Positions 29,047-39,445 of a DNA stretch of 64,000 nt are shown here, one piece after another. The stretch is taken from assembly GCA_963748625.1 (NCBI GenBank), contig CAVVJT010000007.1, forward strand, positions 256,001 to 320,000, in the 5' to 3' direction. The translations under genes were made by a program, and so were the position numbers. The DNA is from an uncultured Chloroflexia bacterium (GTDB lineage: Bacteria; Chloroflexota; Limnocylindria; Limnocylindrales; CSP1-4). The notes below the pieces were generated by a model, which had not been told where the DNA came from, ran no database searches, and saw only the letters and a list, made by a program, of their open reading frames with translations. Every line of letters starts with the position of its first letter. Position 1 is the first letter of the stretch.

Positions 29047-31014
29047 TCAATCCTCCGCTCTGCCGGTGTTGCCCTTGATGGTATCCACAACGGTGGCGTC
29101 AGCCAGCGTCGTCACGTCACCGAGCGATCGGCCCTCGGCGATGTCGCGCAGCAGGCGGCGCATGATCTTGCCTGAGCGGGTCTTGGGCAGGTCGGGCACG
29201 AACAGGAGGAACTTGGGCCGCGCGATTGGCCCGATCACGTAGGCAACGTGCTCCCGGAGCTGGGTGGCCAGCTCGTCGGACGGCGCCTGGCCGGACTTGA
29301 GGATCACGAACGCGAAGATCGCCTGGCCGGTGATGGCGTCGCTCTTGCCCACCACCGCCGCCTCTGCGACGGACTGGTGGTCCACCAGGGCGGACTCCAC
29401 CTCCGTGGTGGAGATCCGGTGGCCGGCGATGTTCATCACGTCGTCCACGCGGCCCAGCAGCCAGAGGTAGCCCTCGTCGTCCTTCTTGGCGCCGTCGCCT
29501 GCGAAGTACATGCCCGGGAACCGGCTCCAGTAGGTCTGCATGTACCGTTCCGGATCACCGTAGATGCCGCGGAGCATGCCGGGCCACGGCCGCTTGAGGA
29601 CAAGAAAGCCGCCGGAGCCCAGCGGAACGGACTCGCCCTGCGCATCGACGACGTCGGCCTCGACGCCCGGCAGCGGGAAGGTCGCGGAGCCCGGCTTGGT
29701 GGTGGTGACGCCCGGCAGCGGGCTGATCATGATCTGGCCGGTCTCGGTCTGCCACCAGGTGTCCACCACCGGGGTGGTGCCGCCCCCGATGACGTCCTTG
29801 TACCAGCGCCAGGCCTCGGGGTTGATCGGCTCGCCCACAGAACCCAGCACCCGCAGGCTGGACAGGTCGTGTGCCGCCGGGATCTCCTCGCCCTGCTTCA
29901 TGAACGCGCGGATGGCCGTGGGGGCGCAGTAGAGGATCGAGACCTTGAGGTCCTCGATGATCTGCCACCAGCGATGCCAGTCCGGCGCGTCGGGGGCACC
30001 CTCGTACAGCACGCCGGTGGTCGCGTTGGCCAATGGCCCGTAGACGATGTAGCTGTGCCCGGTGACCCAGCCGATGTCGGCCGCACACCAGTAGACGTCG
30101 TCAGGCTTGATGTCGAACACGGCCCAGTGCGTGAACGCGGCGCCCAGCAGGTAGCCCGCGCTCGTGTGCAGGATCCCCTTGGGCTTCGCGGTGGTCCCCG
30201 ACGTGTAGAGCAGATACAGCATCTGCTCGCTGTCCACCGGCACGGGCGGGCAGACGTCCGACTGGCGGCCCACGATGTCGTGCCACCAGTGGTCGCGACC
30301 CTCGACCATGTGGGCGCCATCACCGAAGCGGTCCACCACGAGCATCGCGGTCACCGTGGGCGTGTTGACCACGGCCTCGTCGGCATGATGCTTGAGGCCC
30401 ACCTTCCTGCCGCGCCGCCAGCCACCGTCCGCGGTGATGACCACCTTGGCGCCGCAGTCGTTGATGCGGTCGCTCAACGCCTCGGCCGAGAATCCGCCGA
30501 AGACCACCGTGTGCGCGGCGCCGATCCGGGCGCAGGCAAGCATCGCGATCGGAAGCTCCGGGATCATCGGCATGTAGATCGCGACCCGGTCGCCCTTGCC
30601 AACACCCAGCTCCCGGAGGGCGTTGGCGGCCTTGGAGGTCTCGCGCTGCAGGTCCGCGTAGGTGAGCGTCCGGGTGTCGCCGGGCTCGCCGATCCAGTGA
30701 TACGCGACCTTGTCGCCGAGGCCCCGCTCCACGTGCCGGTCCACGCAGTTGTAGGTGACGTTCAGCTCGCCGCCCTTGAACCATTCTGCGTTGGGCAGGT
30801 TCCACTCGAGGGTCTGGTCGAACGGCGTGTACCAGGAGAGCCGTTCCCGGGCGAGCCGTCCCCAGAAGCCGACCGGGTCGGCGCCGGCCTCGTCATACAG
30901 CGCCGCCGTGGCGTTCGCCTGGGCGGTGAAGGCCGCGTCCGGCGCGAACTTCCGGGTCTCGGCGAGGAGGTTCTCGATCGCAGGCCCGCCCTGGGCCTCG
31001 GGGTCGACGGACAC
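29047..31014 (-). CDS. acs: Acetyl-CoA synthetase
   Basis: [50 protein letters not shown]; GGAGGA RBS before GTG. Confidence 0.97.
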   Translation of the reverse strand: MSVDPEAQGGPAIENLLAETRKFAPDAAFTAQANATAALYDEAGADPVGFWGRLARERLSWYTPFDQTLEWNLPNAEWFKGGELNVTYNCVDRHVERGLGDKVAYHWIGEPGDTRTLTYADLQRETSKAANALRELGVGKGDRVAIYMPMIPELPIAMLACARIGAAHTVVFGGFSAEALSDRINDCGAKVVITADGGWRRGRKVGLKHHADEAVVNTPTVTAMLVVDRFGDGAHMVEGRDHWWHDIVGRQSDVCPPVPVDSEQMLYLLYTSGTTAKPKGILHTSAGYLLGAAFTHWAVFDIKPDDVYWCAADIGWVTGHSYIVYGPLANATTGVLYEGAPDAPDWHRWWQIIEDLKVSILYCAPTAIRAFMKQGEEIPAAHDLSSLRVLGSVGEPINPEAWRWYKDVIGGGTTPVVDTWWQTETGQIMISPLPGVTTTKPGSATFPLPGVEADVVDAQGESVPLGSGGFLVLKRPWPGMLRGIYGDPERYMQTYWSRFPGMYFAGDGAKKDDEGYLWLLGRVDDVMNIAGHRISTTEVESALVDHQSVAEAAVVGKSDAITGQAIFAFVILKSGQAPSDELATQLREHVAYVIGPIARPKFLLFVPDLPKTRSGKIMRRLLRDIAEGRSLGDVTTLADATVVDTIKGNTGRAED

Positions 31015-31104
31015 GGAATCCTCCAGTGGCGCTCGTGGGTCGCGCAATGATAGTCGGGCAGTGGGTGGCGGCGGGCGGGTGGCGGCGGGCGGGTGGCGGG
31101 CCCC

Positions 31105-31722
31105 CTACCTCGCAGCGGCCGAGGTGTCCACGATCCACATCGAGGACAGCGGCCAGTACCGGACCAGGGCCCGGCCCACGATCGATGCGACCGGAACTGG
31201 TCCGAAGTCCCGCCCGTCCGAGGATGCCACCCGGTGGTCGCCCATCACCAGGACATGCCCTTCGGGGACGACCCACGAGCCGACATCCATCGTGACCTCC
31301 GTGGGCTCGGCGGTCCCGGTCTCGGGGTCCACGTGGAGATACGGCTCATCGAGTGCGGATCCGTTCACCCAGACCTGCCCGTCGCGGATCTCCACGGTGT
31401 CGCCGGCCACCCCCACGATCCTCTTGATGAAGGGCTCGCCGCGCTCGTCGAAGTCGGCCGGCGGGTGCAGGACGACCACCTGGCCGCGCGCGTACGGGGC
31501 CCAGAGGTGCGAGATCCGGTCCACGAGGACGTACTGGCCCGGCTCGAAGGTGGACTCCATCGATCCGCCGACGACGCGGAAGGGCTGCGCGATGAACACC
31601 TGGATCACGAAGAAGATGACAGCCGTGAGCAGGAGGGTCTGGGCGATCTCGACCATGATCCGCAAGGTCGGGCGCCGCCCGCCTTCCCTGGCCTCGGGAT
31701 CGACGGCCTCGGGTGCCGTCAC
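31105..31722 (-). CDS. lepB: Signal peptidase I
   Basis: TM anchor, GGSMES (catalytic Ser), FIKRIVG (catalytic Lys), MGDHR..SSDGR..GPV. Confidence 0.93.
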   Translation of the reverse strand: MTAPEAVDPEAREGGRRPTLRIMVEIAQTLLLTAVIFFVIQVFIAQPFRVVGGSMESTFEPGQYVLVDRISHLWAPYARGQVVVLHPPADFDERGEPFIKRIVGVAGDTVEIRDGQVWVNGSALDEPYLHVDPETGTAEPTEVTMDVGSWVVPEGHVLVMGDHRVASSDGRDFGPVPVASIVGRALVRYWPLSSMWIVDTSAAAR

Positions 31723-32651
31723 TCCGTGCCTGCCGACAGCTCGTCGTCGGACGGGCCGCCCGGCGTGAATGGATCGGGCGAGGGATCCCTGGCCAGCACC
31801 ACCCGCTGGGGTCGCGGGATCTCGATCCCGTGCGTGGTGAACGCCGCCAGCAGGCGCTTGCGCAGCTCGCCGCCCGCGGCCCACTGCTCGGTGGCACGGA
31901 CCAGCGCGAGCACCTTGAGCGTGATGCCGTACTCGCCCAGTGCCTCCACGCGCTCCACGTGCGGCGCCTCCATGATGCGCCGGCGCCAGGCCGGGTCGGC
32001 GTACATCGCCTCGCCCACGTCATTGACGACCAGGATCGCCTTCTCGATATCGGTCCCGTAGGCGACCGTCACGTCCTGGTTGATGCGGGCCCACACACGC
32101 GTCTTGTTGGAGGCCACCTTGACCTCGCCGTTGGGGACGTTGTGGACCACGCCGTCGAGGTCGCGCAGCGTGGTCCGCCGCAACGAGAAGTCCTCGACGG
32201 TCCCCGAAACGCCGGCGATCGTGACGACGTCGCCCTTGCTGTACTGGTTCTCGACCAGGATCAGGGCACCCGTGAAGTAGTCACGGACGATCGACTGGGT
32301 GCCGAAGCCCACGGCGATGCCCACGACACCGAGGCCGGCGACCGCCGGGCCGATGTTGAGGTTGAGCTCGCCCAGGATCATCAGCGCGGCGATCCCGATG
32401 ATGAAGATGCGCAGGACCGTGGTGCCCAGCCCCTCGAGCGTGTCCATCCGCTTCTTGATCTCGACAGCGGACAGCTCCTGCGCGGTGCCTTCGAGCGCCT
32501 CCCGGTCGAGCAGCGTCTTGACCACGCCGTGGACACCGAGGCGCGCCAGCTTGAGCAGGACCAGCGCGATGACGACGATCAGCAGGATCGGCAGCGCGGT
32601 GTCCCAGAGCGTCGTGGTGAGCTGGGCGGTGAGTTCCTCGGGAATCGTCAT
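31719..32651 (-). CDS. Small-conductance mechanosensitive channel (MscS family)
   Basis: AGLGVVGIAVGFGTQSIVRD, GDVV, GTVE, VPNG. Confidence 0.93.
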   Translation of the reverse strand: MTIPEELTAQLTTTLWDTALPILLIVVIALVLLKLARLGVHGVVKTLLDREALEGTAQELSAVEIKKRMDTLEGLGTTVLRIFIIGIAALMILGELNLNIGPAVAGLGVVGIAVGFGTQSIVRDYFTGALILVENQYSKGDVVTIAGVSGTVEDFSLRRTTLRDLDGVVHNVPNGEVKVASNKTRVWARINQDVTVAYGTDIEKAILVVNDVGEAMYADPAWRRRIMEAPHVERVEALGEYGITLKVLALVRATEQWAAGGELRKRLLAAFTTHGIEIPRPQRVVLARDPSPDPFTPGGPSDDELSAGTE

Positions 32652-32712
32652 GGCGCGCCCAGCCTAGCAGCCGGACGCGCCATGGTCGGTGGCGGCAGAC
32701 GGGCGGGCGCGC

Positions 32713-33483
32713 CTAGGCCGGCGTCCCTCCCAGGCGGACGGATACGGCAGCGGCAGACTCGCGGACGTGCTGGACGAGCTCCGGGAGACGCTGTGGCGTG
32801 AGCCGGAACGCGGGACCCCAGATGTCCAGTGCGGCGATGATGTTCCCACGGGCATCGTGGACCGGGGCGGCGATCCCGTTGACACCCGAGTCCCATTCCC
32901 CGAACGCCGTGGCGTAGCCGCGGCGCCGGACGCGGGCCAGCTCCTCGAGGAGCGGCTCGAGCCCGGTGATGGTCCGGTCGGTGAAGCGGTCGAGGCCGCG
33001 CCGGACGAGCCGGAGGACCTCCCGCTCGGGAAGCGAGGCGAGGAGCACCTTGCCGGCGGATGCCGAGTGCAGGGGGACCGCGCGGCCCGTCCAGTCGCCC
33101 ACGGCGACCAGGTTGGGCCCGTCGGCCTGGGCCACGGTCAGCATGGAATCGCCGTCGAGAACGCCCAGGCCGGTGGTCTCCCGGGTGGCGCGCGCGAGGC
33201 GCTCCAGCTCGGGCATCGCGAGCGCGCGCAGGTCCAGCGTGCGCTCGGCCTTCTCCGCGAGACGGATGACCACGAGGCCGAGCCGGTACTTGCCGGACTC
33301 CTCGTCCTGCTCCACCAGGCCCCGCTTCTCCAGGGTCGCCAGGAGGCGCGACGCGGTGGACTTGTGGAGGCCGAGGCGCCGGGCGAGCTCGGTCACGCCC
33401 GCTTCGCCATGACTGTCGCCCAAGGCGAGCAGCAGGGCCGCCGCCCGATCGACGGATCGGACGGCGTTCCCGTCAAGCGTCAT
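32713..33483 (-). CDS. IclR family transcriptional regulator
   Basis: VRSVDRA, GVTELARRLGLHKSTASRLL, SASAGKVLLA, GIAAPV. Confidence 0.95.
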   Translation of the reverse strand: MTLDGNAVRSVDRAAALLLALGDSHGEAGVTELARRLGLHKSTASRLLATLEKRGLVEQDEESGKYRLGLVVIRLAEKAERTLDLRALAMPELERLARATRETTGLGVLDGDSMLTVAQADGPNLVAVGDWTGRAVPLHSASAGKVLLASLPEREVLRLVRRGLDRFTDRTITGLEPLLEELARVRRRGYATAFGEWDSGVNGIAAPVHDARGNIIAALDIWGPAFRLTPQRLPELVQHVRESAAAVSVRLGGTPA

Positions 33484-33507
33484 GCGTTCGTCCTCTCCCG
33501 TGCGGCG

Positions 33508-34881
33508 TCAGTGCGCCGGAACGTCGAGCTCGCCCCGCGCGCGCAGCTCGAGGGCTGCGTCGAGCGAGTCGCTGAAGATCGCCAGGGTGCGGTCGACGAT
33601 GTCGCCCTGCGCGTGGGCCTCACAGACGAACCAGGGTTCGCGGCTGTCGGGCTCCGGCATGGCGCCGCGGGCGTGCATGCCCACCGCGATCGCGTCGTAG
33701 AGCTGGTGGTCCGTGTTGGCCCAGTCGCGGTACTCGGACGCCACCTTGTCCGTGAACATCACGCCGAACATCGACGAGTGGCCGGTCAGGTGGTAGGCAA
33801 GGCCCTTGGCGTCGAGCATCCCGGCGATGCCGGCCCGGAGCTTGTCGCCGGTCGCGTGGATGGTGGCCAGGGCATCCGTGTCACGCAGGATCTCGAGGGT
33901 CTTGCGGGCCGCTGCCGCGGCGACGCGGTTGCCCGCGTAGGTGCCGCCATGGCTGACCTTGCCCGGCAGGACCGACATGACCTCCTCGCGCCCGCCGAAC
34001 GCGGCCGCCGGATAGCCGTTGCCCATCGCCTTGGCATATGTGGCGAGATCCGGCGTGATGCCGAAGTACTCGGCAGCGCCGCCCTTGGCGAAGCGGAAGC
34101 CGGTCTTGACCTCATCGAAGATCAGGAGGATGCCGAACTCCTCGGTCAGGGCCCGCATCGCCTGGTGGAAGCCCGGCTGGGGCAGGATGCCCTGGGCGTT
34201 GCCCAGCACCGGCTCCACGATGATCGCTGCGATGTCCTCGCCCTGGCGCTCGAACAGGGCGCGCAGGCGTTCGATGTTGTTGTAGCGCGCCGGGATGATC
34301 GTCTTGGCGATCTCGGCCGGGATGCCGCGACCCCAGGCGAGACCGACCGGGTTGTCCTCGTCACCGAGGTCGGCCATGTTGTTGGGCGCGACCGAGATCA
34401 GCGCGTAGTCATGGACACCGTGGTACTGGCCTTCGAACTTCACGATCTTGGTGCGGCCCGTGAAGCCGCGCGCGACCCGCATCGCATGCATGGTCGCCTC
34501 TGTCCCCGAGACGGTCATGCGGGCCTTCTTGACCCACGGGTTGAGCTCCTTGAGGGTCTCCAGGGCGAGCACCTCGTCCTCACTGGTGAGCGAGAACGAG
34601 ACGCCGCGGCGCATCCGCTCGTTGACGAAGTCGTCCACGCGGTCGTCCCCGTGGCCGAGGATGACCGGCCCGTAGCCCATGCGCAGGTCGACGTACTCGT
34701 TGCCGTCCAGGTCCCAGACCAGGCCGCCCTTGCCCCGATCGACGTAGACCGTGTCCTCACCCCAGGCACGGAAGTTCGAGTTGGTGCCGCCGGGGAGGGT
34801 CTCAAGCGCCCGCCGGTACATGGCGAGCTGCTTCTGCCGGGCGAGCTTGGGTTCGGGGAGGGCTGCGGGTTCGGCCGTCAT
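33508..34881 (-). CDS. Class III PLP aminotransferase (glutamate-1-semialdehyde aminomutase-like)
   Basis: SGTEATM, FEGQYHG, IVEP, FDEVKTGFR, AKAMGNG, HGGTYAGN. Confidence 0.92.
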   Translation of the reverse strand: MTAEPAALPEPKLARQKQLAMYRRALETLPGGTNSNFRAWGEDTVYVDRGKGGLVWDLDGNEYVDLRMGYGPVILGHGDDRVDDFVNERMRRGVSFSLTSEDEVLALETLKELNPWVKKARMTVSGTEATMHAMRVARGFTGRTKIVKFEGQYHGVHDYALISVAPNNMADLGDEDNPVGLAWGRGIPAEIAKTIIPARYNNIERLRALFERQGEDIAAIIVEPVLGNAQGILPQPGFHQAMRALTEEFGILLIFDEVKTGFRFAKGGAAEYFGITPDLATYAKAMGNGYPAAAFGGREEVMSVLPGKVSHGGTYAGNRVAAAAARKTLEILRDTDALATIHATGDKLRAGIAGMLDAKGLAYHLTGHSSMFGVMFTDKVASEYRDWANTDHQLYDAIAVGMHARGAMPEPDSREPWFVCEAHAQGDIVDRTLAIFSDSLDAALELRARGELDVPAH

Positions 34882-34986
34882 GGTGTCTCCTGGCTTCTTC
34901 CCCGCCGCGCCCGTCCGGGACGCCGCCGCTGGGACCTGCGGCGTGCGGGGTGCCCGTTCCGTGCTGGCCCATAGGGCGGGACACGC

Positions 34987-35045
34987 GTTGCGGGCAGTGC
35001 AACAAGTGGTTCCGATCGTGCCACGCGGCTTTGACGGCTGTCAAA
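34987..35045. promoter_or_regulatory. Two palindromic operator-like sites in the divergent aminotransferase/oxidase promoter
   Basis: GTTGC-N7-GCAAC (34987-35003) and TTTGACGGCTGTCAAA (35030-35045). Confidence 0.5.
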
Positions 35046-35134
35046 CGGATTTCGTCCCATTGCTGGCCTTCCAGCTACGAATATCGAAGCCCTATTGGCG
35101 CCGTGGCCCAGTTTCCGCGTACATTGGGCTGACG

Positions 35135-36550
35135 ATGCGCCTGCCCAGCCGCCAGCCCGCCCGTGTCGACCCCGGTCCCGCCGGGGGCTCGTTCTGGTTC
35201 ACGACCGGTGACCCGGGCGAGCGTCGCCGGCCAGCGTCGGGCAATCGGACCGTGGACGTGGCCATCGTCGGCGGCGGGTTCACCGGCCTGTGGAGCGCCA
35301 TCCGCCTGCTCGACGCCGATCCGTCGCTGCGGGTGGTCGTCCTGGAGGCGGAGCAGGTGGGCTGGGGAGCATCGGGCCGCAACGGCGGGTTCGTCGCGTC
35401 GAGCCTGACCCACGGCCTGCACAACGCGCTCCTCCACTTCCCGGACGAGGTGGACCTGCTCCAGGCCGAGGGGCTGCGGAACCTGGCCGACCTGGTGGCC
35501 TTCGTGCGCGACGAGGGGATCGACGCGGAGCTTGAGGCAACAGGCACTCTCGACGCCGCAGTGGAGCCCTGGCAGGTGGACGCGCTCCGAGAGCACGTGG
35601 AGATCTCGAACACCCACGGCAACCCGCTGGTGTTCCTGGAGCGGGACGAGATCCAGGGGGTGGTCCACTCGCACCGCTTCCTGGCAGGTGTCCGCCAGGA
35701 TCCCGGGTTCTGCGTCCTGGTGAACCCGGCGAAGCTGGCCTGGGGGCTGGCCACGGCCGCCGAGCGCCGGGGCGCGACGATCCACGAGACCTCGCGGGTC
35801 ACCGGCCTGCGCCGTCGCGCCGGGGCCGTGGACGTGCTGGTGGACGGCGGGGCGGTCGTGACCGCCGGCCAGGTGCTCATCGGCACGAGCGCCTACAGCG
35901 GCTGGCTCAAGCGCCTGTCACCTGTGTTCGTGCCCGTGTACGACTACGTCCTGATGACCGAGCCGCTCAGCGACGCCCAACGCGATGCGATCGGCTGGAG
36001 CGGGCGCGAAGGCCTCGGCGATGCCGGCAACCAGTTCCACTACTCCCGCTGGTCGGCCGACAACCGGATCCTGTGGGGCGGCTATGACGCCATCTACCAT
36101 CCCGGCAACCGGGTCGACGCGCGGCATGACCTGCGCCCGGCGACGTTCCAGGCCCTGGAGGAGCACTTCCTCGACTACTTCCCCCAGCTGGCCGGGATCC
36201 GGTTCACCCACCGCTGGGGCGGGGCGATCGACACCACCACCCGCTTCACCGTCACGTTCGGCGAGGCGCTGGGCGGCCGGGTGCACTACGCGATCGGGTA
36301 CACCGGGCTTGGCGTGGGCTCGTCTCGCTGGGCGGCGGGCGTGCTGCGGGACAAGGTCCTGGATCCCGGAGCAGACCAGCTGAAGTTGCGGTTCGTGCAG
36401 TCCCGTCCCCTGCCGATCCCGCCGGAACCCTTCCGCACGCCGGTCGTCGAGCTGATGCGCCGCCAGGTGGTGGCCGCGGACGCGAACGAGGGCCACCGCG
36501 GGATGTTCCTGCAGGCGATGGACGCGCTGGGGATCGGCTTCGACTCGTAG
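35135..36550 (+). CDS. FAD-dependent oxidoreductase (DAO/PuuB-like amine oxidase)
   Basis: VAIVGGGFTGL, GASGRNGG, NPAKL, HRWGG, GYTGLGVG. Confidence 0.92.
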   Translation: MRLPSRQPARVDPGPAGGSFWFTTGDPGERRRPASGNRTVDVAIVGGGFTGLWSAIRLLDADPSLRVVVLEAEQVGWGASGRNGGFVASSLTHGLHNALLHFPDEVDLLQAEGLRNLADLVAFVRDEGIDAELEATGTLDAAVEPWQVDALREHVEISNTHGNPLVFLERDEIQGVVHSHRFLAGVRQDPGFCVLVNPAKLAWGLATAAERRGATIHETSRVTGLRRRAGAVDVLVDGGAVVTAGQVLIGTSAYSGWLKRLSPVFVPVYDYVLMTEPLSDAQRDAIGWSGREGLGDAGNQFHYSRWSADNRILWGGYDAIYHPGNRVDARHDLRPATFQALEEHFLDYFPQLAGIRFTHRWGGAIDTTTRFTVTFGEALGGRVHYAIGYTGLGVGSSRWAAGVLRDKVLDPGADQLKLRFVQSRPLPIPPEPFRTPVVELMRRQVVAADANEGHRGMFLQAMDALGIGFDS

Positions 36551-36815
36551 GCCTGGTGCCGGTGTGGCGCCGGGATGGGGTCGACCGGATCAACCTGGTG
36601 CAGCCAGGATCCACCCCCGGCACGCGAGGCCCACGCCCCCTGCAGCGCGCCCCAGCTGTGGGGCGACTCCGCACCCTGCACGCACACGCCGGGTCACAAC
36701 CTCGACCTCTCGCCCGCAGACCACGCTCAACGCAGCCCGAAACGCCCCCCACGTGAGGCGCTGTGCAGGCCGCCGGGGCCTGGAACGCGACGGACCGCTC
36801 CGGAACACGCGAGGC

Positions 36816-37631
36816 TCAGCGCACGCGGCCGCCCGCCACCGGTCGGTGCTCAGGCTCGCGGGCTGCGGCGGCGGCGCGCAGCTCGTCGTCGATCGGGATC
36901 GGCCGGAGGCGACCGGCCGACTCGAGCGCCACTTCGAGCGCGCCGTGGACAGCGGCCGTGCTGATGGCCGGAGTGACATCGGCAACCGCGCCTGCCGTGG
37001 CCGGGTCGAACGCGTAGTCGAGGGCCGCCGACACCTCCTCGAGCACGGACCGCACCCGCGCCCCGTCGTCGACAATCAGGGCGATGCTCGTGAGCGACGC
37101 CCCTGCGACCACGCGCTGCGCGATCCCGCCCAGCTTCACGCCCCCCGCGAGCACGCTGTGGCGTCCGGGGCAGTACTCCCCGGGGAGCTCGCCGGCGACG
37201 GCGGGCACGCCCAGCCCGACCAACGCCCCGATCACCAGGTCCGCGACCACCGCGAACCGCTCGCCGATGCGCGCCCTTGGCTCGGCATCGGCGTACGCCA
37301 GCTCCAGGACCACGGATCGCTCGTGGTAGGCAGCTGCCTTGCCGCCCGGCGCCCGCAGGACCGGGTCGAAGCCGTGGGCGTGTGCGGCTGCGACGGCGTC
37401 GTCGAACCCCGGCCGGAATGCGTCCACCCGGCCGAACGCGAGCGTGGGTCCCGGGATGTACAGACGCGCCGCCGCCGGCGCCCATCCACCGGCCACCCGG
37501 TCGAGCAGGGCGTGTGAGACGGCCAGCTCCCTGACGGCTCCGCCGCCGGCAGGATCGCGGAACAGCAGCAGGTCTGGTCGACCAGGCACGCGGAACGTGC
37601 GCTCAGGCGGCACGCCGCCCTCGCTCCGCAC
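36816..37631 (-). CDS. Lipoate-protein ligase family, LipL-like amidotransferase
   Basis: PTLAFGR, RAPGGKAAAYH, GEYCPGRHSV, KLGGIAQR; start approximate. Confidence 0.8.
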   Translation of the reverse strand: MRSEGGVPPERTFRVPGRPDLLLFRDPAGGGAVRELAVSHALLDRVAGGWAPAAARLYIPGPTLAFGRVDAFRPGFDDAVAAAHAHGFDPVLRAPGGKAAAYHERSVVLELAYADAEPRARIGERFAVVADLVIGALVGLGVPAVAGELPGEYCPGRHSVLAGGVKLGGIAQRVVAGASLTSIALIVDDGARVRSVLEEVSAALDYAFDPATAGAVADVTPAISTAAVHGALEVALESAGRLRPIPIDDELRAAAAAREPEHRPVAGGRVR

Positions 37632-37642
37632 GCCCCACTCGC

Positions 37643-39331
37643 TCAGCCTGCCGCGGGAACCCAGCCCGGCAGCTCCTTGGCCAGCGTGGCCAGCGGCAGC
37701 GAGCCGTGGCCGACCACCTCGTCGTGGAAGCGGCGCAGGTCGAACGCGGCGCCGTCGCGGGCCTCCAGCTCCTGGCGGAGCCGGCGGATCTCGCGCATGC
37801 CCAGCATGTAGCACAGCGCCTGGCCCGGCCAGCTGATGTAGCGGTCGGTCTCGATGTTGGCGTCGGTGGCCGAGAGGCCGGTCTTGAGCAGCCAGTCCAC
37901 CGACTGCTGGCGGGACCAGCCGAGCCCGTGCAGGCCGGAGTCCACGATCAGGCGCGATGCCCTCCACGCCTGGGCATCGAGCATGCCGAGCCGCTCGCCG
38001 GCGTCGCGATAGAGCCCCAGCTCGTCCGCGAGGCGCTCCGCGTACAGACCCCACCCTTCCACGTACGCACCACCGATGCGGCGGGCGCCGAGGCGGCGGT
38101 AGACGTTGAGCGACGGATCCTCCATCTCGAGGGTGATCTGGAAGTGGTGCCCGGGCGTCGCCTCGTGGTAGGTGGTTGACGCGAGCTTGGTGTACGTCCG
38201 GCTCGGCAGGTCGTACGTGTTCACGTAGTAGATGCCCGGCCGGGAGCCGTCGGGGGTGGGCGGGAAGTAGTAGGCGAAGGGGGCGACCTGCTCCTTGAAC
38301 GCCTCGACCGGCCGGACCTCGCAGCCTGCCCGCGGGAGTCGCCCGAACACGCGCCTGGCCGCCTCGTTGGCGCGGCCGATGTCCTCCGTCGCGCGGGCGA
38401 CCAGCTCCTCCTTGGACGCAGCCTGGTTGGCCGGCTCCGCCTCGAGCGCGCGCCGGTAGGCGGCGACGTCATCCCCGAAGCCCGCAACCTGCGCCAGTGC
38501 GCGGCGCTCGACGTCGATGGCCTCAAGTTCCGCGAGACCGATCGCGTGGACCTCGGCGGGGGCGATGTCGAGGCTTGTCCAGCTGCGGATCGCGTAGCGG
38601 TACTGCGCCTCACCGTCGGGCGCGGAGATCAGGCCGGGCACCTCGCGCGTGCTGGCGAGGTACTCGTCCCGCAGGACGGCGAGGTAGCGGGCGTCGGCAG
38701 GCTGCACGACCTCGCGGACGACCTCGGCGACGCGGGCGCGGGCGGCATCGTCCGCGACCGAGCAGGCGGTGGTGACCGGGTGCTGCTCGGCAGGCACGGC
38801 GCAGAGCTGCTCGAGCTGGGCGATGGTCAGCTCCGCCACGATCCGCGCGGCAGTGCGCCCCGAGGCGATGCCCTCGCGCAGGATCGCGGTGTTCGCGTCC
38901 ATGAACGGCCCATAGGCCCGGAGGCGCCGCAGCCAGCGCTCGAGGCCATCCGGCGTGGCGGCCGGCTGGAAGATCGCGATCTGGGCCAGGATCGTCTGGG
39001 GTCCGTCGATCTGGTTGACCTGGGTCATCTCGTGCGCCCCGATGGCCTCGCCCTCGACATAGAGGGCGGCGATCCGGCCGATCACGTCCCGCGTGATCCG
39101 GTCCTCAAGGTCCAGCTCGTCCTCGGGGATCGCGGCGACGGCGCCCTCGGCACGCCGGTACGCGGCGATCGTGTCCGCCCGGCCCTGCGGGCCCGGATCG
39201 TCGATGCGATCGTCGAAGCGGGAATCGCCGTACACCGTCGCCGTGAGGGGCGACAGCACGAGGAGCTCCTCCCAGAGGCGGGTGGCGATGGCATCGGTGC
39301 GCGATGACTGGTGCGTCACGAGGAACCCCAA
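37643..39331 (-). CDS. DUF885 family protein (metallopeptidase-like)
   Basis: HEATPGHHFQ, YVEGWGLYAE, RYISWPGQALCY, FDLRRFHD. Confidence 0.92.
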   Translation of the reverse strand: MGFLVTHQSSRTDAIATRLWEELLVLSPLTATVYGDSRFDDRIDDPGPQGRADTIAAYRRAEGAVAAIPEDELDLEDRITRDVIGRIAALYVEGEAIGAHEMTQVNQIDGPQTILAQIAIFQPAATPDGLERWLRRLRAYGPFMDANTAILREGIASGRTAARIVAELTIAQLEQLCAVPAEQHPVTTACSVADDAARARVAEVVREVVQPADARYLAVLRDEYLASTREVPGLISAPDGEAQYRYAIRSWTSLDIAPAEVHAIGLAELEAIDVERRALAQVAGFGDDVAAYRRALEAEPANQAASKEELVARATEDIGRANEAARRVFGRLPRAGCEVRPVEAFKEQVAPFAYYFPPTPDGSRPGIYYVNTYDLPSRTYTKLASTTYHEATPGHHFQITLEMEDPSLNVYRRLGARRIGGAYVEGWGLYAERLADELGLYRDAGERLGMLDAQAWRASRLIVDSGLHGLGWSRQQSVDWLLKTGLSATDANIETDRYISWPGQALCYMLGMREIRRLRQELEARDGAAFDLRRFHDEVVGHGSLPLATLAKELPGWVPAAG

Positions 39332-39445
39332 GTGCGGGCGCCGGCGGGCCCGACGCGGCCGTCTGCAACCAGGCCAGCGTACCCCCGGCGACGATCCGGT
39401 GAGGACCCACCGGTGCCCGATCTCGAGGTCAGCCCCCGAGGCGCA

